Below, piece by piece: positions 42,201 through 57,400 of a DNA stretch of 64,000 nt. Every line of letters starts with the position of its first letter. Position 1 is the first letter of the stretch. The notes below the pieces were generated by a model. It worked only from the letters and a program-made list of their open reading frames with translations, did not search any database and was not told the DNA's origin. The position numbers and the translations under genes are program-made. The stretch is from Bugula neritina (lineage: Eukaryota > Animalia > Bryozoa). Location of the stretch: assembly GCA_964035545.1 (NCBI GenBank), contig OZ037767.1, positions 28,908,628 to 28,972,627 of the forward strand. Reading direction: 5' to 3'.

Positions 42201-45200
42201 GAATTATGATTTTTAAAACAATACACAAATGGAAAGAATATAGAATGCTGAATAGCAGCATTAGAGTAGCTGATGGATTTCTCATGACAGAAGAAGGAAG
42301 GTCAAGCTAGATGTACTATTGTCTGGCTGTCAGCTTCTCATGTGACAGGCTGAAAGCCTTGTGCTACCACTTGTCAACAAGTGCTTCAAGTGCTTGCTCA
42401 GTTCCACTCATACACTATTTCCTTCTGCAATAAACCTCATCTTATTCTTGTACAGATATTTCCCCAACAAGTTCAAGAAGCCATGTAAAACACAGAGTGA
42501 AATCATTGCAAGAGATATATATTATTATTATGTTGGGTGATAAAATGAAGATGAGGGTACTATAGAGGGAAACGAGTTATCCAAAATGCTTTCTGTTGGT
42601 AGAGTATAAAACTCTATAAGCAGAAATGAGGGCTCGTGAATTAAACCAGGAACATAGAGTTGCAGCAGATTATCAACAATGATCTTCTGTTTCCATCGAT
42701 AATAAGTAAATATACAAGATTTAACTACCCTCCAACAGAGTTCACTTAAGCTGCCAGCTCAAAGTATTTACAGATAATCTTAGAGATAAGCTGTAAACAA
42801 TACATGTAACCACCACAAAATTTAGCATTATAAGAGATAAATGATGAGAAATAACAAGGAACAAGCCAATAACATAGACCTAATTGAAGTAATAAAGATG
42901 CTGTAATACAACAACAAAATTTAATGCAATATTCAGTGTTTGAATAATATAGTGGTATTAGAAGTCAGTGTGACTTACCATCAACAGTAGGGATTGTACT
43001 ATCCCCCTCTTTATTGTTTATTTCATTTTCTCCATGTCTATCCTCTGAAATTACTGGCAGCGGCTGCGCTGACGGAGAAGTAATGCTGTCTTGAGCGTCT
43101 TCTTCCACAGTTGACATTGTTTCATCACTATACGTGTCGGCTTGGCTGAGTTCACTCAACGGTGAACTAATACTAGGGGTTTTCTCTTCACCGACTCCTA
43201 TTTTTGATTCCAACTTGAGTTGTAATTCGTGAAGGAGAGGCTTTTGTTTAACTGAGTCTGCACTCCCCACTGCCTGCGTAGTTGGCTGTGACACACTGTT
43301 ACTAACACTAAAACTATGACTAGGTATTTCTACTGAGTCACCTTTTGTTATTGAAGTATCCTTGTGTTTGCTGAGGTCAGAAAGCTGTGCTTGCGTTTCA
43401 TTAACATCGGCATGCTCACTGCCTACCTCTACTTTCAAAGTGTCATATTTGCTCGTGATTTTAACAACGGCTTCCTTAATAACAGCATTCTCTGCATTAT
43501 CACTTAATTCGACACTCGCAATTCCATCAGTCAGATCAACTTCAGGCGGAGGGGGAAACTCCACGTCCTCACTAAATTCTTCCAACTCCCCAGAGTCAAT
43601 AATAGGTGGCGGCAACGAATTGAGCCCTGGAAATGACAGATCTACCTCAGAATCAGGTGGGGGAGGTGGCGGTAAGTCCTCAATGTTGACTGTTTCCAAT
43701 GGATCCATATTTATATCATATAATGGCGGAGGGAGGCTTTCCACACTTTCTAAAGATATGGGAATTTCTGGTGTTACAGGTTCTGGTGCAGCGAATCCTA
43801 CAGAACTAACAGTTGGGTAGAATTCAGGATGTTTTGGGGCAGCATTTCCGACTTTTTCCGCTGAAGATATGCTTATGGGCTGGTCAATGCTGTCTGGAGC
43901 TGAGCTAGTTTCAGCAGGAACCAAGTCTGGTGGAGAATCCAGAGGCAGCGTAATAGGAGGCAGCGTAGTGGTCACAGGTTCTGCAGAGAGTTCTGTTTCG
44001 TCAGGAATAGAGGATTCAACAGTGTCTGACTTGAGATGTTCAACAAGACTGTCTCCCCCAGACTTTGGTTCTATGTTATCTGGAGTGACTACAGAGTTAG
44101 TTGGAATAGTTACTGTAGTGACTAGACAGCTAGTTGGAGTAACTGAACAGCTAGTTGGAGTAACTGGACAGCTAGTTGGGCTGGTTATTACTGAGCTTCC
44201 ACTATTGCTAATCTGACTCAAACGGTCCCTGGAAGGTTTAGCAGCTGTTGGTGGTGGCTTACCTTTGCTTTTTGATGGTTTAGCCAAAGTAGATGGTGGC
44301 GACTTCTTTACTTCTTGGCCTGTTGTAGGCACAGCAAGTTGATTCTCTGTAGAAAGTTGAAGATCCGATTTGGCAGTGATGTTGGCAGTTGGCTGAGTGA
44401 CAGAGCCTGGTTCCTTGGTATTGTCTTGACTAGGGCTGTGTGCTTTGGACTCCGTACCAGCAGATATAATAGAAAGTAGGCTAGTACGTCCTCGAGCTGA
44501 CTTCTTATTGCTCTGACTACCCTTCCTCACAGCTGATTGCGTTGTGCTTGGCATAGTGAGCACTTTCTCTGGAGGTCTCTTAACGCACTGTTCCATGATA
44601 AACTCTGTGAATAGACCATTGTGTATATGCATTCACAAATTATTATACAACAATAGACTGGTTAAATTATGTCATGACGTCACATTTGCAACTGATAAAT
44701 CAGTTAGCAAATCAAATTGACAGATAACTATAATTACTATACAGTACCCTGCTTTTTCATAGGTCGACAGTGTCCTATCATAATGAGTATAACTTCAATT
44801 TGAAAAGCTAGTTCAAACTGGTAAGAATTTGACCTAAATTCAGTCAAGGCTATAAATATTTTGAAGTGGATGCAGTGATGGAGAAATGGAAAAAAATCTG
44901 TTTTATATTAGAAATGTAGCAGAAGAGGTTATGTTCTCACAAGAATCTCAACCACAACGTTTGAATTCGAATTGAAAACAAAACATATTTTTTGAGGCAA
45001 TTATAAGTTAAAACTAATGCTAAACAATAAAATCCAAAGTTGGCACTACAACTAATACTATACAATATAACTACAAGTTTGCACATATTTTTATTAGCGT
45101 TCCTGTAAATGAAAACTTGGCCAACTGGGCGCAAGGGTTCACCCACTGTGTCCACCGAAACTCTTCCACCAATTAATGCAAAGCTTCAGTATAAAAATTA

Positions 45201-47305
45201 TTGCAATCCTACTTCCTAGCTAAAAGTTATTTTGCAGTATCAAAAAGAATAGCAACAATTAGTTGAGATTACTTTTAGTTATGACCCGATTACTCTACAA
45301 AGTGTAAAGTGATCGCAATTACAGAAATCCTACCTACAGGCACACATGTAATGCTACCAGAGTTTATTGAAACTTAATATATACTAGCATATACTGCAGG
45401 GTTTGCATAATTATATGGTTATTATAACATAAACTGCACTTGTTGCTGCTGTAAATGCTAATTATAGGAATAAGATGGAGATCTGCCATGCCAATCACAG
45501 TTCACCAGGGTAGTAGCTACAGGGTCTTCACCCACAACTCTTACCCACAACTATTTACCCACAGCTCTGTGGTATGAGCTTTGAACTAGTTCAAAGCTGT
45601 ATGAAATATACTAGCACCAGGGCTGTGTATGAAATAAGCTAGCACCAGGGCTACATATACAGATATTATGTACCAGCTGTTAGCCTTGTAGCCTAAATAG
45701 AATAGTTTCTGCAAACACATATTATGCTATATTCGTGTTTCGAGGTGAAAATGTCTCCAATTACCATAGTCTATGCAGTATAGAAAGTTGAAGCAAAGTT
45801 TAAATTTGAATCATTCAATAGCTAAGAGTTTGAATAAAGACAATGTGTTACTTTACCGCCAGTCAAACAAATTAAGAAATCAAAATTGACAAGATAGTCA
45901 TTTGCTAGTAAATAATGAGCTGGTTTGCTCACATGATTGATTGATTGCTCTACTCTTACGATATAATTGATTATAATATTATGGTATAATCTACTAGTAT
46001 AGTATAGTAGTTTATGGTACTTTACACTCTACATTAATCATATTTTATTACAATTCTATGTTCTATCGTAATTGATATAATATTAAAATACAATATTACA
46101 TACATACATTACACAGGATGCATACGTTATAGTGAAGTTGATTTTGCAAGTATAGTAAACTATAACGTGATAAATTCAGATAAGAGTGAAATTTTGAATT
46201 AGAATATGTAACGGCTGCTATAATGATTGCATAAATCAATTTATACTTGCATGTAACAAATATCACTATTTAGATATCTTCCAGAAAGATCTACTAAATT
46301 AACAAATGCTTAAGAAAAGTTGTGTGAGTTTGTGTTAAAATTAGCTTTCTTATGTTTAACAGCTGTTTCATTGAAAAACTGTAAGTCAAAGCTTTATACT
46401 AATATAGCATAATATACATGCAAAATCACATTGTATCACAATTGAAATTAATTTGTGATATGATAACTCCTAGAGAATTAAGGTAATATAATTATTACAA
46501 CTGTAACAAATAAAATTATTAGCGTCATGTTTGGTTTTATATAAAATTAATTTGATTAAATATTGCTTAAGATAGAAAAAAGCCCTAAAATGTTACTAAG
46601 AATAGATAAGTGGGTAGATGGCGCCTATAAACTAAATAACTGCCACTAATAATGCATGCACCATTAAATATTATAATATTAACCCACTCACTATACTAAG
46701 TACCGTCAATTCCCTAAGGACTTTGGTATCTTATAAACAGGATGTGCCTATCAACAAACCTCTCTTGGGTAATGCAGTTATTTTACTTATTTTCATTTAA
46801 TATATTAAATATAGGGTATATTAATTAGTACATTGGGTGACTGTCATTACAGCTTACAGCAGTTACTTGAAAACAGTTGTGCTGTTGGGAACTTTTAGCA
46901 TACTAAAACTGGACAACATACAACATCAACTTATGCTAGTATAACATTATACAGCAACTATTTTACTACCAAATTATCAATGCAAATAAATCATAAAATT
47001 CAATTTAACTGTATTATCACTATTATCTATGCATACATTTTAATACAAACAATGTGAATATCCAATAAGCACTTGAAACTTTATAGCTCCACGTAAACTT
47101 TGTGGGTTTAGAATGCTTAGATTGAACTAAGCAACTGCCAACTCAAGTGCACTGAAGTCTATGACAAGCAGCTGCAATGACTTCTAAGCAGGGTTCATAT
47201 TAAATAAACTAAAATCGTTGAAAAATAATGTTTACCTTCTGGTAGTTGCAGTGATGGCTCAACAGACATTCTAGCAGGACTTTTACTTACTACTAGCTGA
47301 TCCAT
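36221..47305 (-). CDS. Uncharacterised ~893-aa protein: disordered Pro/Ser/acidic N-terminus plus C-terminal WH1/EVH1-like domain, basic stretch and CRIB-like motif
   Basis: Exons 47305-47236, 44604-42979, 41256-41092, 40563-40313, 38471-38307, 36918-36793, 36499-36221 (2682 nt, in phase). C-terminus: VCPCLGTLYF..WKPEHIGIPVL..LVLAEKGTGFLLWK..FHRL..AGLAYQDEESAESFY..KIKKKKEKKK..ISKPCQFTHVTKL. The first exon is less certain. Confidence 0.8.
37395..37946. repeat. 23-bp minisatellite, ~24 copies (intronic)
   Basis: Unit GTAGTAATAGT(T/G)ACAGTACCAGT. Confidence 0.96.
38150..38285. repeat. ~21-bp degenerate tandem repeat, ~6 copies, next to a minus-strand donor
   Basis: Unit GTCTACCAGAAGTGGTGGTATA. 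Confidence 0.8.
39495..39578 (+). mobile_element. Possible decayed tRNA-derived SINE head
   Basis: A-box-like TGGCTTAGTGG and B-box-like CTAGTTCAAC about 55 nt apart. No intact cloverleaf. Confidence 0.3.
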
Positions 47306-50300
47306 GTCGCACTTATACTTGTGACTTACACATACACTTACACTTACACTTATAACTTACACCACTGTCTAGTAACTATAGGTGAAAGCTACACCAACTA
47401 ACAAGATGTGCTAAAACCGAGTTGACAATGAGAATGCATGCAGATGGGTTGAGAGAGTGTTTGCCAACTAACTAACAGTGACTGGATGTAGTCTAGTGCT
47501 GTCCAATCTCTAGTGGTATGTAGAGCTATAATGTTAGTGGATTTAAATAAACATTATTCATGTCACCTGGCCAACAAAGTTATGTGTCAAGAGACAAGAC
47601 AATATATAAAGTCAGAGTTAATAAGCTGTATATATTATGTATGTCTAGGATTGAACTGGGATTAGAGATAACATACTAATACCTTCTGTCAAAGTAAAGT
47701 CATAACACAACATCCACTCCTTCAGCTAATTAGTTTCAAGTACGATGTTGGCAGAAACTAAAAACTGCACAAAAAGTGCCAGACGAAAATTGTACAAGGA
47801 AAGTGGTATAACGCACACCCTGATGTATATACCTGAAGTTAACCTGCAATAACATATAAATAACCCATCAAGACGGTTGCATAATTTTTAAACAATTATC
47901 TGACGAGAATATCATGGAAGTTTGCCTTACCTGAAGCAATTAGGGAACTGTTCAATTATTGTAATCGCTATTAATTCTTCATACAAGTACAGAATAGCAC
48001 CGAGTTAATTCCCACTTCCACGGACTGCGAAGGAATGCACGTAACTGTGGGTGATAGATATCCGAGTTAATGGTTAGCCTGCGTATCTTATTACATTTAT
48101 ATGACAATCAAATTACAGCGCTCTTTCAAGACGTGCCCTAACAAACTCTGCTTTAACTGGGCTACAAATTAGAGATGTGTATCTACGACATATTTTAGCT
48201 ACATTAGTGTGGTTATAGGAAATACGCACTAGCCTGTGCATGTCTACACGTGGACTAGGCTGTGGATATGGAACTCAAATTTATGTATAATACGAGAATC
48301 TATAATGAACATAATTATAATAGAATAATTGAGTAGGACATTGTTATGACTTGTCACTAAATAGAGCTCCATGTAAGACATAATATTAGAACTAATCAAA
48401 AGTAGAATTGCTGGAATGTTTTATTACCATTAGTCTCACCCTATGTTGCACATTAAATGTTGGATTTGCTGAATTGTTGTTGTTGATATGTGAGAAGTTA
48501 TAGCCAATCCTAACTTGTTTAACTCATTTTCTCGAATATTTAAAAGACGTTTATTTTATTTCATGAACATAATGCAATTAACAAAATACTATAATACTAC
48601 ATTACACAACAGCAAAATTTATACATGTTAAATAGCAATATCAAAATATACCAGCACCACGAAGTAGTTATAATCCAAAAGCAATTCTAAAACAATTTAA
48701 AAACATAATGTTATCATAGAAAGGCCTGGCATGTGCACAGTTGACAAATAACTGACACTTTCGCATGAGCTGCAGGTGCTATACCAGCATGGCATGAGCT
48801 GCAGGTGCTTACCAGCATTATTATTGACCAACAAATCAATTGCATTATTTTTGCATTCAAGTAGAGATTAACATTGTTTACATTTAGGCAGTCCTTTCCT
48901 TGGAGATTTACCTTATAAAAGAATCTAGAATAATCATTATCTATATAATATATACAGTTTACAAGTAAATTCACAGTAGTTCAACTATACAAGGTTATAC
49001 CTGTAAATTTGACATTCCATTGAACTAGCTAAATGAAATTCAGGTACAGTGTAACTTATAACTAACTGATAATTATTCTAATTTAATTCATGGAATGCCT
49101 CTTTTGTAGTCATTTCCATTAATTTCAAAGATTACCTGTAATTATTGTTGTATCTATGAAAATTAAATTTTTAATAAGTTTTTTTTTATAGCGTATAGAG
49201 ATTGTATAAAAGATGTAATAACTGTGGTACTGCTAAGTCCTACATTTTAATCAAAGCAGATAAATTCTTCTCAACTTTGACAAAATGCAAAACACTTTGG
49301 AGTTTATAATGAGAATTTGTGACTTGCACAATCAGGATTTGTAAGCAATTTGAACTTTAAAGGAGCTAAAATAATTTACCTCAATGATGCTAGAGTAAGA
49401 ATTAATAATACTGCTGATAAAAGCTCAACATTCAATGCAAATAAGAATTATTATGTAGGTGAGATAACTCTGGGTTGCTTAGCAACCAGTAATGATCATA
49501 ATTCATTCTTGTAACGACTTTTCAAGTATATATTGCCAAAAGCACTTGGCTATGAAGATTAGTCATCTAGATAGCTTTGATCTGATGCCCAAAAAGTTTC
49601 AGGGCTTGACGTTTAGCCAGTTTGGCCGTAGCAGTTACTCTGGAAATCAAGCTAAGTGTAAATGTGGGGGAGGGATGCAGCTACATCCTTGTTCAGTGTC
49701 AAGTCAATTAAGATAAATTAATAAATAATATACAGTTATAGCAATACAAATAGATGGCCAAAAGTAAGTTCTAAAACTTACAACAGGGTTTACTGGCCTG
49801 GTATATCATATCTTATCACATATACCATATATCATATATAAGTATCATATTGTATTAAAATGTATCATGTTGTACCATAGATCATATTCTTCTAACTTAC
49901 AACCTTCAACTATAGCTGCCCTGGACTTAAATGTCAAGCCTGAGTCCTTAAGCTTCAGCAAAACATTTTTAACACATGCAGATTTAATCTGCTGGTATGA
50001 ACTGAAGCTGGTTTGATGGTGTTATGGTGTAAGTAATATAGTACATTATAATTCAATGTTGTGACCATAAAGATTGAAAGTGACAAAAAATGATTTGCAT
50101 TATATTATGCTTCTATCAGCATAATATTTACGTGGGGAGTTTAAAAGTCATTGAACTATGCAAAGTAGTACCCCAGCTGTTCCTGTTATAACTGTTATTG
50201 TGGTCACCTTCTCTCTTGGTGACAGCAGCATTGTACGGAGCATGCAGCTCTGTGGCTAACCTTCAACTACACTATAATAAATTATTTAGATGAGAAACAA

Positions 50301-51885
50301 TGATGAAGGCAAATAACAAAATTCAACACTGCAAGAATAATCACAGTACAAACAACGCTAGACTATTTTGCATGCCTTATTTACATATTATTATAACGTT
50401 GATGACCTTCAGATAGTACTCTAGCCCACTCACGTGACTAATGTCTCGTAACATAACACAGTGTAAAGTATGCAGAAGATATACCCATACAGTACACTAA
50501 ATACATCATCACAACAAGCTTAATAGAGTAGGTGTGATAGATTTCAGGATAAAATCTGTAATAGTATACTAACTTAATTTAATACAGTGGAGGGTGTAGT
50601 GATGATAAACTTGAGTGATTGCTATAGTTCAATGCATATTTTTTCAAAGTGAGAGATTACCAGATTTTAAGCTAAAGCTCTACATTGTCTAACCTCAAAC
50701 TTCGATTATGACTCATACACATTAGTTTAAAAGTTTGAAATTTGAGCTTTTAATCTTTTGCATGAACATTAGAATCAATTTACTGTGATTTACATCCTTA
50801 AACTCTGCAGCTGGTGTACAATAAGGTACAGTTACTTTGAAATTAATATCAATTAATAATAAGCTAGAATGCTACCCTGGAGATGCTTGTGAGGTTTAGT
50901 TTTTGCCACAATTATAAAGTTTAAATATTTTCTAAACCAAAGCATGCAGTGTATTAAAGTAGCGATATAATATAATTATACATAATTGTAACAAAATAAA
51001 GCATCCTGCTAAATACGATAGAGAGTTGTCCTCTCTACATTTTGAATATGGTACTTTTTCTTTGCTGAAAGTTATTTTGAATGTTGCTAGACCACGTGTG
51101 CCGGGTTATTGTAATTTAGTAATTTGAATGATTCCTCTCAAAGTGAAGCCATTTGAGATTGGATAACATTGTAATTATTCATACCCTCTTGTAAAATTTA
51201 CAAGCTTCTACTCACAGTAACGTTGAAAGTGACATTGTCATTGCAATCGGGCTAAATAAGCTATTAGTATTACTATAGTATAACTATAAGTATAACATTT
51301 ACAATTACTATGCCTATTCAATTTCATGTTGATATCAAATTGAAATTTAAAATTCAAATTGATATTCATTATGATTATGATTATCATTATCACTTAATTT
51401 TATCATTATGAATCAGACTAACTGAATATGATTATGAGATTATCACAATCATTATGGTTATTTCAATATTTGAAAATTTCCAATTTATATTGATATGAAT
51501 TACAATTTGAATTACTGAATTAGATTTTAATTTGCTATAACTAGCCTATAAGTATAATATAAATTAAATTTTAATTATCACTATAAGTATAATAATAATG
51601 TCAACTATCATCATGATTATGATAATCATATCTGATATCTCACTATGATACTCATACTGTAACTATCACTATGACTATGAGTATGAGTTCATAATCAATT
51701 TCAAAATTATCATCACTTCAATTTTACGTTTATCAATTAATCATCAGTTTTAACATTGCTTATTACTATTAGTCAAGTCACCAGACTACAGATGTAACCA
51801 TGTAGGAATTTATGTGTCTACATTCTCAAATTTATGTGTTTTCTTTATAGAGCATACTTTTGTTGGCCGGACCCACAATATCACA

Positions 51886-53416
51886 ATGAGATTGCATCCT
51901 AGTTTTAGAACATTGATAAATGTTCAGAGATGGTACTCATCAGCCTCGAAAAATCCCAGATGCTTTTTTGATGTTGAAGCTGATGGAAATAAGTTAGGTC
52001 AGTTTATTATGCTGCTTTTTATTCCAAACTTATAGTTATACTACCTATGAAAGCTTGGTCAAAGTTTCAATAAGACTAGTTAAGTGAATGGTTAACCAAG
52101 TCAAAGTCAGTCAAGTCAGTTTAAATCAACTTGCATGGAGCCTGCAGTAAATAGAAATTGGTGGATAGTTGCATACCTCTAGCAATTTTGCTTTTAAAAA
52201 AATGGCTCATGTCTATCGAATTTACAATTACTCTTTAGCTTTATTAAATGAATTATAATAAAGTGAATGATTACTATAAGTGCTATAGACTAAATTCAGC
52301 AATTAATTTCATAAACTTGCTGCATGTAGATTAAATGTAGTCAAGTTAATTTGGTAACAAGCCGACTGTAGTTGATGAGTTTTGAGTAAATGTGACTTAG
52401 ACTCAGCTCTAAAGCCCAATTTAGTAATATAGTGTTCAAATTGTAAAATACCTGCAACACTTGCTAATACATGTGGTTGTAGGTAGAATAGTATTTGAGT
52501 TACGTTCTGACGTTGTACCGAAAACAGCAGAAAACTTCCGGGCTTTGTGCACGGGAGAACATGGATTTGGATACAAGAATAGCATCTTCCACAGAGTCAT
52601 ACAGAACTTTATGTGTCAAGGTGGAGACTTCACAAACCATAATGGTAAGGCTACATCGTCATATCTATCAGTATCTCCAATCTTCATGTGCTATTTTATT
52701 TTATTTAAGAATTCTGTGTGTTATTAATTTAATATACGTAGGTACAGGAGGAAAAAGCATATACGGTGAAAAGTTCAAGGATGAGAATTTCACGTTGAAA
52801 CACACAGAGCCTGGTTTGCTGTCGATGGCCAATGCTGGGCCCAACACCAATGGTTCACAGTTCTTCATAACTACTGTTGTGACTGAGTGGCTAGACGGCA
52901 AGCACACTGTATTTGGAAAAGTAGTTGAAGGTAAATTTGAGTATGAGAGCTGATTTAACCCGTCAATGATACTTTCTGTTGTTTGCTTAGCTTCGTCGTA
53001 GGTTTAATTGGCTACAGATAACTTTGGGAAAAGTCAGCTCATTGCTATTACTAAAGCATGTCAACACATGTTACATTTCTTACCAGGCTCAGTTTTATTT
53101 GAGCTGATTTGTAGTTAGTACTTTGTTGTTTTTAAGTCATCCTGTTCAAACCTGGATGTGTAGGCGGCTGACTTCATACGCTGCTTTTGAAATGACAGTT
53201 TATATAACTGGTCTCATAAACAGGCTGCTTCTTGGCGTGAAACAAAAACTAAGAAATGTCCATTATTCGATGCATTTAATATTTTGATGAAATAATTTCT
53301 ATTTTGTTTCAGGTATGGATGTCTTACGGAAAGTGGAAAGTTATGGAAGTTCAAGTGGTAGGACATCTAAGGTTGTATCTATAGCGGATTGTGGTGAGCT
53401 TGGGGATGAGGTTTGA
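51886..53416 (+). CDS. PPIF: Peptidyl-prolyl cis-trans isomerase, mitochondrial-type cyclophilin (PPIF/CypD-like), ~188 aa
   Basis: Exons 51886-51997, 52483-52644, 52742-52930, 53313-53416 (567 nt). Motifs [56 protein letters not shown]. The Arg-rich, acid-free N-terminal extension [19 protein letters not shown] looks like a mitochondrial presequence. Confidence 0.92.
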
Positions 53417-54435
53417 TTAAACACTTTTATAAAATGACACAGAATTCTTTGAGAGTTGGAATGTTGGCTGTTGCTCTTCATAGTGTATAGAAAAGTTGTC
53501 GTACAAACCTATTCGTCTAGCAGTTTCTAGTTTTTATTACTTGTGTAAAGAAACAGTAAAATCATGTAACATTATACATGTACATAATTATTGTTTGGTG
53601 TCAATAAAATCTGATTCCCTTTGCATCAATAGCTTATGCAGAATATAAACTGTTACAATAGAACATTCTAGCAATTGGCAAAGCATGCCATGTAATGATA
53701 TGTCTATTATTAATGCCTTGACCTACAATATTTCACATTCATATAGCTCAAAAATGTGAAATTCATTTAAGCTAATTTTCTAAAATAAAATATATTAAAA
53801 TCATTTGAGCCAATTTTCTAAAACAAAATATATTAAAATCATAATGAAACAATAAAATGCACAAAATAACATTAAAATTAACATAAAATATGTGTATATA
53901 AATACCAAAGAAGTTGAGCACTATAGTTCTAGTAGCAAAAATAATGTCAAGACTATGAGCCACAGCATCGGAGTTGTTTCACCGAGTTTCAAGGGCAATT
54001 TCGTGTCAACTGCATTACTATGTGTGAATAACAATTTTAGTCGCATGTATCTTGCACCATTCAAAGTTATGTATATAATATACCAATCTCAAAAATATCG
54101 TAATTGTGTAAAACAATTCTACTCGGTAACTAAACAAAGTTTTGAAAGACAACGCAAAAATGCAACAAACTAATAAAAAAATAATAATTGAGCAACTAAA
54201 TCTAGAATTCTACAATCCTAAGATTATTAAATAGATATGATGTGGGTAGCAATAAAATAGATATTTCTAGGTATATGTGACTTGAAGTCAGAAAATCTTT
54301 CTTTACAAAAATATGTTAACTGAGTTACGATTTAATGTAACTTTCAGCTACATTATTGGCGTTAGCTTTGTCATGAGTCACTGAGAGTACTTTTAGAGCT
54401 CATCTTACTGATGATTCTAATTATTATCGGTCAGA

Positions 54436-57400
54436 TTATTTCCGAATTGATTTATCAGCTGATTGTAAGGTGGGTGGACGACTTTGCACAGAAAAGTTTC
54501 CGTTGTCTTTAACACCGCTGTCAAGACTTCCTGATGAACCATTTCTACAACAACTCACAGTGCTATAACCATTTGTAAAGATGTGTACCTTGTTAGTTTA
54601 ACAGTCACACACAGTATGTGACATGGAAGTACCATGTGACAGAAACAAGAGCAAGTACCTTGGGATGGTAGTCAATGATGTTGAAACTGGTGGTATTGGA
54701 CTGCTGCAAAACTGAGCAACTGGAGGTAAAATGCTTGTAGCGAGTCCAGTTTTACCCTGCAAGCCATTCAACATCAACTTCTCACTTTGTCTGAGTGACA
54801 ACGATGCACAAGTGAGTTTGCTTTCCACCTGTCAGTAGAAAAGTGCTTCGATTATGAAACTTGAAGTCGTAGTCTTTTCAGTGTACATGATGGCATTTCT
54901 AGACAGAAGTACATTATTAGATCTCAAATAGCAGTAACTTGTTAGACAATGTTTCATTGCATAATGGGTAAATTGCATAAAAATAATGAAATGTAAAAAC
55001 AATATACCCTTTTGATGAGGTCATCATGAAACGAGAGTCGAGACTGAATCTTTTCCAAGATACAACCATTAGTTTCAGTTGGTGGTGACTTTTTGCTAGC
55101 AGTTCCTTCTCTCTTGTCATTCACTGCAGCCTTGGTGATAGGGAACAAACCTTCAGCTTCTACTTCAGTGTTCTGTAAGTTTTATTATTTGAAGGTCACT
55201 GCATGTGAAAATGATGTACAGATGAGTTTGTTAAACAACTCTTTGCTCTTCTATCCATAACTACTTAGTCCTTCCACTCTTCTATCCGTAACTACCAAGC
55301 CCTTCCAACTTATAATCTCATTGATTTTTACCAAAATTGAATTTATACAAAAGTACTTCAATCAGATTAAATAAAATGTAGTAGGTAATAGAAACATTAT
55401 AATACAAATTATTAATATTTGTTAATTTTAACGGTTTAAATATGCATGCACGAAGACAAGCATATAAGCATGTATATAGATCTTTAGAAGTTTCAACATT
55501 TATGAGTTTTTTACTGTGATTTTAACTAAATTTATTGTTGGTATTGAATTAAGTTATTTTTAACATAATATTGGCTTGCATCTTACCAAAATAAATATAA
55601 TATTGCCTTTAAAGGAAACTGAGTGTAACATATAGTTAAAACTTAAAACACTTGCACTAAAACTTACTTATAGTTCAATGGTCATAACACTTGCACTCAC
55701 AGTTTCAGTCGAAGGTGGAGAGTTGTACGCCCTCTCTTCAGTGTCGTGGATTAGCACCAAGTTTGTAGGTGTTTGGGGCACATCAAATGCTGAGATTGTT
55801 TTGCTGCGTTTAGCCAACTGTCGAGAGTTTGTTGGCCTCCCTCCTGACGAAATGGACAGTGACAGCTTACTATTTATCTTCTTATCTGCAACATACACAT
55901 TATTTTGTTTAACAATGCTCACACTAACAATTATAAGATTTACCTAACAATGTTTTCTAAGTGTCACCACACAAATATATAGCGTGCTCAACCTTAGCTG
56001 CTAAACATCTGACCAATATGACGGCTGGATTACAACTTCAAACCATATTTGAAGCTGCACTTCTAAGTTCTTACGTAAACTCCAACACAAACTCAATTTA
56101 AATATGTTATTAATTTTTAAATCCAACATCATTAGACATACACTCAGTTTCAACACGTACGTTTTACTTTCCTCATGGGAGGTTTTGGTAGAATCCCGTT
56201 GATATAACCGATCCAACGTAGCTGGTGACGGTAGTTGTCAATGTCATCAAGAAAGCTTGGTAGTTTTAAACAATCCAGTCTCGCTAACCTTTTGACCCGA
56301 CTCGTTTCATCATTGCACAGGGTACCACTGTATATGAGGGGCAACTCCAAATCGTCTATACCTTGTAAAATCTCCATAGCACCTAAATTAGTTTCATAAT
56401 TTAAAATAAGTTTACCAAAACTGAGTTGGCAAAATTAGCTGGTTCTAAATTATAACTCTAATATATAGCCAGAGTTCTAACAGATATTTGTAGTCATAGT
56501 AACAGCAAGTTTTATAACCCAGTAAACATACCATACCATTACATGAACTACATTAAGGTTAGGTGTAAAACTAGCCTATTTTATGTAATAATGTATATAT
56601 AATTAATGAAATAATATGCAAATAAAATAGCAAAATGCAGCCCACCTTCAAAATAGCACTGATCTTTTCCAAGACCTCCCAGGTCGTTAGGATCTGGTAA
56701 ATGTCGCTTTACTCTCATCACGTAATGCCATCTTCTTTGAGGGTCATAAATATATTCTTCCAAATGGTGAAACAACTCCTTGAATGTCATGGATTCAGCC
56801 ATGCAGGCAATGTCTACATTCAACATCATACTATGATATAATTCATCATTCTACTGTATGAATAGGGCTCCTTGTCTAATATAGTTAGATTTTTCAACTT
56901 TAAATTTTATCTCAAGTCTAACCAGTAAATTTTAAACTTAATATTTGGCTTTCAACAGCATTAGAATTTCTACTTCAATCATATTTCAGAGGCGCTTAAT
57001 AAATTTAAGCAAGTTTAGACATAGTAGTGCCAATGTAGTTACCCTACAAACTATACTCACAATACACAAGAGCTGGGCCGTAAAGATACCGGGATTTTGC
57101 CTGCAACACAGTATTGAGTGCTGCAAGCCCCTCTTCTGTCTTCCTAAAATGATAACCACGAGTGGATCGCAATCCAAATTTCTTTCGATCGGCATACCAT
57201 GGCTGTAGTCCATCATTTAAAGACCGAAGCTATATTACTTATTTTAAGGAAATTTAGGGTCATAATATATCAACTTCTATTTCTTTTACTGATGCTAATA
57301 TAAATTCAATCACATTTGTGAATTACCAAAGCCTAGACTCAAATTGCTAATCAATAAATAAATATTTGAAACAGGTTGAACAAGCGTATCTAGAATTAGT

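Noticed and set aside
43362-44216. Plus-strand ORFs of 152 and 115 aa
   Set aside because: Antisense shadows of the large minus-strand exon.
48000-51800. Short ORFs in the long intergenic region
   Set aside because: No recognisable motifs or consistent exon chain; composition is typical of AT-rich non-coding DNA.
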